DNA of 64,000 nucleotides from Octopus sinensis (Eukaryota), in contig NC_043017.1 of the NCBI RefSeq assembly GCF_006345805.1, positions 16,368,001 through 16,432,000 on the forward strand, given 5' to 3'. The position numbers and the translations under genes were made by a program. The notes below the pieces were generated by a model. That model searched no databases. It was given only the letters and a program-made list of their open reading frames with translations, and had not been told where the DNA came from. This document shows, one piece after another, positions 55,190 through 64,000 of this stretch; position 1 is the first letter of the stretch, and every line of letters begins with the position of its first letter.

Positions 55190-55530
55190 TTAACATTATA
55201 TTAATGCTTAAATGCTTCCTTATATATTAGATACCTAATATATAAGGAATGCCATATATCCAAAAAATCTCCCAGATTTGTCATAACAGTGCAATGTTAA
55301 ATAGTGCCTCACATATAGGACCCTATGTGTATATGCTGGAATTTAAGCATATGTTTGTGTGGGAGCTAATATGTGTCCCCTCACTGAGTTACATTATTGT
55401 TGGATCATTTTAATGTTCCTGAAATATTTTTGTTGAAATCATTACATTGTTGTTTTTAGTTATTATTATTTTTGATGTTTTGTTGTTGTTTTTATATTGA
55501 TGAAGTTCAGAAAACGTTATTGATAATTGC

Positions 55531-55668
55531 TCATACTTTTTCTGCAGGTTCTTCATTGTCTTGGGAAGAGAAATGCCATGGTTTGCCTTCTCTCTCACTC
55601 ATTAAATGTTTCATCAAGTTTCTCAGCATTTCAACAACATTATCCAGTTTCTGATCCATTTGTACCAT
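55531..55668 (-). CDS. KCNQ1: KCNQ1-type terminal exon, helix D (MVQMDQKLDNVVEMLRNLMKHLMSEREGKPWHFSSQDNEEPAEKV-stop)
   Basis: TTTTCGTTTAG acceptor, phase 0; heptad pattern like human VTQLDQRLALITDMLHQLL; TGA at 55533-55531. Confidence 0.88.
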   Translation of the reverse strand: MVQMDQKLDNVVEMLRNLMKHLMSEREGKPWHFSSQDNEEPAEKV

Positions 55669-55938
55669 CTAAACGAAAACCCCAAAATAAGGAAAAATTA
55701 AAAGATTTTAAATCAACTTAAGTAATATCAAGACTAGATTTTATAACATTTTCAGCTGATAAATGAATAAATTTGGGATGGAGAAAAGGTTCATACTTGA
55801 TAGTTAAAATGAAAAGCTGTTTTTTTTACACAACGAGTAATATAAATATATGAAGAGTCATCAAAAGGATCATAATACTGGAAATAATGGCAATGTCAGC
55901 AGACTTTTGAAAAGATGCCATCGGAATTTTCCTTTTCA

Positions 55939-56125
55939 TTATCATCATCATCATCGTTTAGCGTCCGTTTTCCATGCTAGCATGGGTTGGACGGTTCTAC
56001 TGGGGTCTGTGAAGCCAGAAGGCTTCATCAGGCCCAGTCAAATCTGGCAGTGTTTCTACGGCTGGATGCCCTTCCTAACGCCAACCACTCCGTGAGTGTA
56101 GTGGGTGCTTTTTACGTGCCACCCG
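55939..56125 (-). mobile_element. Short retroposon family D with (ATG)n tail; second copy at about 61572-61850
   Basis: Shared CATCATCGTTTA.CGTC...GGATGCCCTTCCTAA.GCCAACCAC block. Confidence 0.65.
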
Positions 56126-56715
56126 CACAGGTTTCCTTTTATGCAATAATAATCCACAATGCATTTGCGGAACTGGTGCCAATATTTGCAATACTTGATG
56201 GAACTATAGATGAAATGCATTTCATTGATATTAAAACTCTAAGATCATCACATCAGCTAAAATCTTGCACAAAATTGGCAATGTTCACAGATTCTGTTAC
56301 AGGAGGAAAAAAATGGGTGAAGAAACTTAAACCCTTAAACCCAGACAATCTTCTTGTGTTGTATGCTAACATTCAGATGGTATACGATTGATGCTAAACA
56401 ACTGCAGCAACAAAAAGACATCAGCCTACATTTGTGCTCAGAAGTAAAGAAAACAACATTTTATGAGTCCTGGATGAACTCAAGGAGATGCAATTTCAGC
56501 CTTATGATTGTTGAATGAATCTACTCCAACAACAAAAGGTTATGAATAGAAAAGTTTTCAAGAAATTTGAGAATAATGGCCATATTGGTCAGGTCTTGAA
56601 GGTTTTACTTTTACAATCTAACATTAAGAGACAGTTACTAAATACTTAAGCAATAAAAGAAACAGTGTCTGAAATGCTGATTATGTCACACATCTGTGGA
56701 AGAATTAAATATATA

Positions 56716-56761
<46 letters not shown>

Positions 56762-57098
56762 CCAAGTAAGTTAGGGGTTATGGATCCAACCCACTGAGGG
56801 ATAGTATTTATCCAATATACTGTTGGTATAGTACCCAAATTCTTAATACACAAGTCTTTTTAATTGCAATGCAATTAACTTATTTATTGTATTAAATGGG
56901 TGAAGGTAAAGAAATATTTTACCATTAATTTATAATACAAATAAGAAAACGGAGAAACAATTTAGTTAGTTCATCAGCTTTTGGATATTAGAATGTTGAA
57001 TTATTTATTCATTTAACAAAAATGAGAACCTTAATAGCATACATATATACATATAATTCAATACATGTAAGATAAGAATACAAATTATAAAAATCATA

Positions 57099-57134
<36 letters not shown>

Positions 57135-57135
57135 G

Positions 57136-57186
<51 letters not shown>

Positions 57187-57469
57187 TATATATATAATCT
57201 GTAAAAAATATGTGACAATTATTCGGTAGCCAAAATAAAACTCTGAGTTTCGGATGCCGAGGTGGAAATCCACACCACCATCTCTCAGTTTTCGTTATCT
57301 GGCTATCCGAAACTGAGTTTTGTCTTGGCTATTGAATAATTGTTACATATTATTTTACAGATAAATTTCCGCTATTTACATAATATTGAGGTCTCTTTCT
57401 TTCTTTTGTTATCTTACCGTTTTTACCAATATATATATACCAATATATATATTTTTACCAATATATATA

Positions 57470-57857
57470 TACTAGCGTTGCTTGGGTTTGTAAGGGAAAT
57501 AACTATATAAGCATTTTTAGAGAGTTATAGCCAAAAAATAGCAAAAAAATGCATTAAAAATGGAAAAAAAAATGATGGTAAATTTTTTTTTAAATCGTTG
57601 ACTCATCGTAGACATTTTTAGAGAGTTACTTCCCTTATATAATAGCGAAAAAATGCATTAAAATGGAAAAAAATGATGGTGAATTTTTTTTAAATCGTAG
57701 ACTCATTGTAGACGAGCGTTAATACCCAGAAGGGCTCGATATGAATCACGACTATAAGATACCCGGTTTTGGTTAAACTGCACCGCAAAATGTGGGAGTA
57801 GTTAGGAATCTAAATCGTAGGAGACAGACACACAACTTGACTTTTATATATAAAGAT
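57470..57857 (+). mobile_element. Helitron-like element, family E
   Basis: Near-identical to 33640-34043. Confidence 0.6.
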
Positions 57858-59714
57858 ATTCAGCAACTATCACAAAAGTATTGTCTACGTATGTGACTTA
57901 GTGTTGCAACTAAAACAATGAGCAATATTATCCACGGGAAGAGCTATTTTGAGACAAATGTAAGAAATATTTCTGAAGTATTTCTACCAAATACAAACTG
58001 AGGGAGCCTCTGCATAATAGTTCAACCACCTTGAAAAATCAACTAAATCTCCCCTAAACAACACCCTTACACTATTCCTGAAGAAGCAATAAATGACTGT
58101 AGTTGATCATAAGTTTCTATGAAGGGTGAGGAAGGGTAGAACATCAAAAATGTAAGCTAGATATGTTTGGAATAGAAAGCAAGATGTACTGATACAGATG
58201 TTAGATGCAAGAAATAAAGTATTTGTGGGCTTGAGGTCGCTCATGCTGCAGGTGGTGGCCACATTGAACACTTGTAAGACAGGAAATAAAAGTTGATTGG
58301 GAGTAAATACTTGTGACTCAGCTGGGGTTTTCTATGGCATTTCCTTATTAAAATATTGCATAATGAAATTGGTTCGTTCTTTTCGAATAACCCTGTATAT
58401 GAGACTTTTCTAGAATTCAGCAAATTTTTACAATTGTTATTTAAGATCCAATGATTGAGATTTGACTCTTAAATAGAAATCAACTTCATTATCGAAACAA
58501 CATAGACAATACAAAAAGTGAAATCCTTTCAGATTTTACTTTCTTTAACAGCCCATAAAAAACGTAAGCATCACTTTTGTTATTCTTTGTTCTTTAATTT
58601 TTGACATGTTCCTTCATCCAGTTCCATAAATATTTTAATGTTTAAAATTGCTTTTCTATACTACGTTTTCTTTCTCATTGTTTTAAATTGCTTCTCTTTA
58701 GTATATTGTCTCTCTCATTCTTGTTACATTTTTTTACTAAAACTTACCTAGTACCACCACAGTTAATACCAGAAACCCATCCTTACTTTGTCTCCCTCGT
58801 AAGTAAAAAGCTCAAACCCTTTGACTGTTTTGTCCTTCCATACAGCATACACATCATAAACCGGACACAGGTACCCTTCTCTCCTCTATAGCAAGATGCT
58901 ACCAATAACACACCTGACAAGGGAAATATAATCTAAGCAAACATTCTTAAAAACAGTGATATCATTAGAGATAATTTACTTTTTGTATTGTCTATAATTT
59001 ACAACAGTCTGTGCATATATTTATGTGTATGGATCTGTGAATATGTGTATGTATGAGTGTGGTTCAAGTGCATAGATGTGGGTATATGAGAGTGTGCATG
59101 TAAATGTCAGTTTGTATTTTATATATATATCATAAAATGAATATGTCTGTCAAACAGACCAAAATGTTTGCCTTATTTTATGATGAGGGAGTAACGGACA
59201 CCTTTACACTGTTTTGTCTGTTCTGTAATGGTATTGACTTCTTTCTACTATCTCTGTGTCAGAGAATAAATCAATCTAAATTATGCATTATCTCTTCTCT
59301 TCCTTAATTTGTGCCTCAGTTGACTGACAGCTTCTTGACACACCCAATAGTCTATATATTCTATTCCAAACTTTAAAACTCCACTAGCTTAAATTAGTAG
59401 GCTATGTTGTGGCTGGCTAAGTTTAAATAATGTAACGTAATGTAATCAGTTAAAGAAACAATTGTCATGAATTTAAACTTCCATTTGTCTGTTATTTTCT
59501 GTACTTACACCAGAGCAAGAATTTGCTGAGGAATTGGATCATACGTAGGTAAATAAGTGGAATTGAGAATTACCTAACAACAGTATGCGGTCAGTATAAT
59601 TGATACCTGAGACAACAGATTATTTCACTGTCTGCTCTGTTTAATTCTATCTAGCCAAATGGTGGAGTCTTTGACATTGATGTGCCTTGATTCTTAATAA
59701 ATCCTTTGAACTAA

Positions 59715-59745
<31 letters not shown>

Positions 59746-59820
59746 ACGTGTGTGTATGTGTGTGCATGCATGCATGTGTGTGGACAAAGATATTCTCACA
59801 AAATGCATAATATTACAAAC

Positions 59821-59920
59821 CTGATTTTCTACTCTTACAATGCGTGCACAAATTGTCATTTTGTCTCTGTCTCGTGAATTATGGTACAAAGTTGAAGGTT
59901 TCCCAAGAATTTGGTCAAGC
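59821..59920 (-). CDS. KCNQ1: KCNQ1-type exon (R-LDQILGKPSTLYHNSRDRDKMTICARIVRVENQ)
   Basis: TTTATAG acceptor, GTTTGT donor; phase 2 start fits the previous exon; aligns to human RLDQSIGKPSL...TIGARLNRVEDK. Confidence 0.92.
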
Positions 59921-60323
59921 CTATAAATAAAAGGTAAAAATAAACACATGAAAGAGATTCTAATTCTGTCTGCCACTGCTTTTATAGGGAAATTTTTCCT
60001 ATAAGGTTTTAATAATAAAATTAGAAAATATATCATTCCCTATCCAAAATAAATCTGTGCCAACCAATCATTTTGTTTTATTGTCAATACACCTCTTTCG
60101 CTTCCATAATTTATCTAGTTGTTGATGAAATCTAGCTTCAGGTAACAACTCTGCTCAAGAACCATTATACCATTCTGTTGCTGCTTACATATCTGTTGCT
60201 TGATTGAAGGAGTTATTTGGGAGCTGTCTGGCATGCAAGCAACAACTCGGGGTAGATTACAGAGCTCTCAGACTCCCTAATGATTCTAAGAGCTGTGACT
60301 ATTGAGAAAACATAGGTTGTATA

Positions 60324-60734
60324 TACTCTTTACTCTTTTACATGTTTCAGTCATTTGACTGCGGCCACGCTGGGGCACCGCCTTTAGTCGAGCAAATCGA
60401 CCCCAGGACTTATTCTTTTGTAAGCCCAGTATTTATTCTATTGGTCTCTATTGCCGAACCGCTAAGTTACAGGGACGTAAACACACCAGCATCGGTTGTC
60501 AAGCGATGTTGGGGGGATAAACACAGACACACAAACACACACATACATATATATATATATATACATATATACGACAGGCTTCTTTCAGTTTCCGTCTACC
60601 AAATCCACTCACAAGGCATTGGTCGGCCTGGGGCTATAGCAGAAGACACTTGCCCAAGATGCCACACAGTGGGATTGAACCCGGAACCATGTGGTTGGTA
60701 AGCAAGCTACTTACCACACAGCCACTCCTGCGCC
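60324..60734 (-). mobile_element. SINE family B
   Basis: Reverse-complement match. Confidence 0.85.
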
Positions 60735-61008
60735 TATTGTTTATCTTTCTGGCATAGTTATCATTATGCCTGGATACCATTCTTGTTACCTTTACAGAAT
60801 CAACTGCAGATTGAACTCATGCCTCTTCAGTAAACACAACTTCCAGCAAATGTCCTCATGCACCACAGTTCTGATACTCTACTCCAACATCTCCTCACTG
60901 ATTTTCTTTGATCTCCATCAATAATGTTTTGAACCCATTGGAGGAAGTGCAGTGTTCTTATGGTGCCTGAATATTTTGTTCTCTTTGATACAAATTATTC
61001 GGTAGCCA

Positions 61009-61140
61009 AGATGAAACTGTGAGTTTCGGATGCCGAGGTGGAAATCCACACCACCATCTCTTCAGTTATCCGGCCATCAGATAACCGAAGAGATGGTGTT
61101 GTGGATTTCCACTTCGGCATCCGAAACTCAGAGTTTTATC
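61009..61140. ncRNA. Pair of inverted hammerhead-like motifs (61009-61070 on -, 61080-61140 on +)
   Basis: GATAA-C(T/C)GAAGA-GATG..CATCC-GAAAC-TCA(C/G)A-GTT-T(C/T)ATC. Confidence 0.5.
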
Positions 61141-61243
61141 TTGGCTATTGAATAATTGTCACAAATTATTTTACAGATAAATTCCTCTATTTACATAATT
61201 TCATGGTCTCTTTCTTTCTTTTGTTATCTTAACGTTTTTACCA

Positions 61244-61275
<32 letters not shown>

Positions 61276-61895
61276 ATCACGTGACCAACCAGACCATCAG
61301 ATGTTGTTACACATCGCTGGTCACAATGCGTTCGCATTGTTTTAGCCTTCGAATGACGCCACCCCGTCATATATCAGATATGTATTACATACATATGTTA
61401 AACTAATACATCTGTTTGTTGTTTACACACCTGTCTCTGTCTTTTATCTTGACTATTGAATAATTGTCACATATTATTTTACAAATAAATTTCCTCTATT
61501 TACATAATATTGAGGTCTCTTTCTTTCTTTTGTTATCTTAACGTTTTTACCAATATATATATATATATATATCATCATCATCATCATCATCATCATCGTT
61601 TAACGTCTGTTTTCTGTGCTAGAATGGGTTGGACGGTCCGACCGGGGTCTGGGAAGCCAGGAGGTTGCACCAGGCTCCAGTCTGATCTGGCAGTGTTTCT
61701 ACAGCTGGATGCCCTTCCTAATGCCAACCACTCCGTGAGTGTAGTAGGTGCTTTTAACGTGCCACCTGTACAGAAGCCAGTCAAGGCGGTGCTGGCATCA
61801 GCCATGTTCGGATGGTGCTTTTTACATGCCACCAGCAAGAAGCCAACATATATATATATATTATATATATACACCACCACACACATATATATATG

Positions 61896-61949
<54 letters not shown>

Positions 61950-62016
61950 AATTATATATATATATATATATATCAATATATATATATATATATTATATAT
62001 AATTAATATATATATT

Positions 62017-62055
<39 letters not shown>

Positions 62056-62127
62056 TATATATATAAATTATATCATATATATATATATATATAAATATTA
62101 TATATATATTATATATATATTATCTAT

Positions 62128-62174
<47 letters not shown>

Positions 62175-62320
62175 TATATAAGTAGTTGAATGAATTATCC
62201 TAGTGTGGATAATTCGGTTACCGATACCCGGTAGCAAATTCACGTCAGAAACACGATTGAAGCTACATGCCAAGGGCAGAGATCACGTGCTTTCGTGTGG
62301 AAATTTGTGTGTTTTTTTTA

Positions 62321-62371
62321 CTTCGACATATGTTTCGAAGACTGCATTATGCCGCCTTCTCATCAGGAAAG
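62321..62371 (-). ncRNA. Minimal type I hammerhead ribozyme motif (Penelope-like-element type)
   Basis: CTTTC-CTGATGA-GAAG..CTTC-GAAAC-ATAT-GTC-GAAG: intact core, 4-bp stems I and II, palindromic stem III, GUC triplet. Confidence 0.7.
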
Positions 62372-62594
62372 ATAAGGAACTTATGTCAGCTACGTGTGGG
62401 CAGTCATCTAAAAGTTTTTGTTCATCATAATGCTGACATAAGTTCCTTATCTTTCCTGATGAGAAGGTGGCATAATGCACCCCTTATTCCTTCGGAATTA
62501 GGAATATGCAGTCTTCGAAACATATGTCGGAGAATAAAAGGAATTTTTGTTAAATCGGTCATTCGACTCCATTCTTTCATTTATTTATATATAT

Positions 62595-62645
<51 letters not shown>

Positions 62646-62650
62646 TAAAT

Positions 62651-62682
<32 letters not shown>

Positions 62683-62709
62683 ATATATAAGATATATATG
62701 ATATATATA

Positions 62710-62755
<46 letters not shown>

Positions 62756-62842
62756 ATATATTATATATAATATATCTATATAAGACATATATATAATATA
62801 TATATATATACATATATATAATATTATCATCATCATAATCTA

Positions 62843-62890
<48 letters not shown>

Positions 62891-63139
62891 AGACTCATAC
62901 ATACACATACACGCACACATAAGATGTACTGGGCCTATGAGATTATCCTTGACTACATGCTAGCCATTATGTCCATGCTGCTGGTTTGCAAAAGTAATAC
63001 GTGCAAAGAAAGAGTCCTGCATGAAACTTAAAAGCTAAGGAAAAAGAAAAAAAAAGAAAAAAAGAAAGGAAAGGCATGTCATGGCGTGGGGGGTGGGGGT
63101 TGCAAACCAGGAAATTGAGTTGATGAGGAGAAATACTCA

Positions 63140-63235
<96 letters not shown>

Positions 63236-63271
63236 CTATAAATAACAGAAATTTGTAAATTTCTTTATTCA

Positions 63272-63507
63272 TACCTATTTCTTTACTACCCACAAGGGGC
63301 TAAACACAGAGGGGGCAAACAAGGACTGACAAATGGATTAAGTCGATTATATCGACCCCAGTGCGAAACTGGTACTTATTTTATCGACCCCGAAAGGATG
63401 AAAGGCAAAGTCAACCTCGGCGGAATTTGAACTCAGAATGTAACGACAGATGAAATTCTGCTAAGCATTTCGCCTGGCAGCCCTAACGATTCTGCCAGCT
63501 CACCGCC
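63272..63507 (-). mobile_element. SINE family A, about 35 bp upstream of a KCNQ1 acceptor
   Basis: Full-length reverse-complement match. Confidence 0.85.
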
Positions 63508-63628
63508 TTAAATTCATATCTTTATTCATATCTGTCCTTTGGTTGTGGTCATACTGGAGCACAACTTGAGATGTTTTAGTCTTTTTTTTTTCTTTATCTA
63601 CATTATTATGATTCTGAAAAGTATTTTG

Positions 63629-64000
63629 TTCTTTTAATTCTTTTACTTGTTTCAGTCATTTGACTGCGGCCATGCTGGAGCACTGCCTTTGTCCAACTAA
63701 ACTTTGTTTCAGTCAAACAAATTGAACCCAGGACTTGTTTCTAAAAGCCAGGTACTTATTTTATCAGTCCCTTTTGCTGAACTGATAAGTTACAGGGATG
63801 TAAACACACCAACACCAGTTGTCAAGTGGTGATGGGCGTACAAACAGAAAGATACACACCCACACACAACAGGCTTCTTTCTGTTTCCTTCGACCAAATC
63901 CACTCACAAGGTTTTGGTTAGTCTGAGGCTATAGTAGAAGACACTTGCCCAAGGTGCCATGCACTGGGACTGAATCTGGAACCATGTGGCTCGTAAGCAA
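63629..64000 (-). mobile_element. SINE family B, older copy running off the window
   Basis: Diverged reverse-complement match; other fragments at about 17666-17872 and 47911-48035. Confidence 0.75.

Noticed and set aside
55527-55721. + strand ORF with CAG acceptor resembling a terminal exon
   Set aside because: It is the antisense shadow of the KCNQ1 last exon, which is supported by homology and phase.
55987-56620. 134-aa ORF as a host gene
   Set aside because: The first part is a family D retroposon; the remainder continues with stops and has no recognisable motif, probably decayed transposon sequence.

Overview
Animal genomic DNA, almost certainly an octopus or other coleoid cephalopod, inferred from the tRNA-derived SINE families and the very high (TA)n/(TATG)n/(AAT)n load. 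Two host genes converge. (1) A complete 9-exon BDH2 (short-chain dehydrogenase/reductase) on + from 4469 to 41956. It encodes 251 aa from the first ATG, the frame stays open across all junctions, and intron 2 has a GC donor. (2) The last three coding exons of a KCNQ1-type K+ channel on - (63141-63235, 59821-59920, 55531-55668); the rest of that gene lies beyond the window. The remainder is largely transposon debris (SINEs; CR1, RTE, Tx1 and R4/Dong LINE fragments; hAT, Tc1/mariner, Helitron-like and Gypsy remnants) and microsatellites, so most ORF-track entries are artefacts. The most interesting unexplained signal is a set of TA-flanked fold-back elements carrying minimal type I hammerhead ribozyme motifs (CTGANGA...GAAAC, palindromic stem III), several with intact cores on the sense strand of KCNQ1 or BDH2 introns. 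There is also a low-confidence divergent multi-exon ORF at 826-1464. Gene and family calls are by eye and recall; no searches were run and repeat boundaries are approximate.
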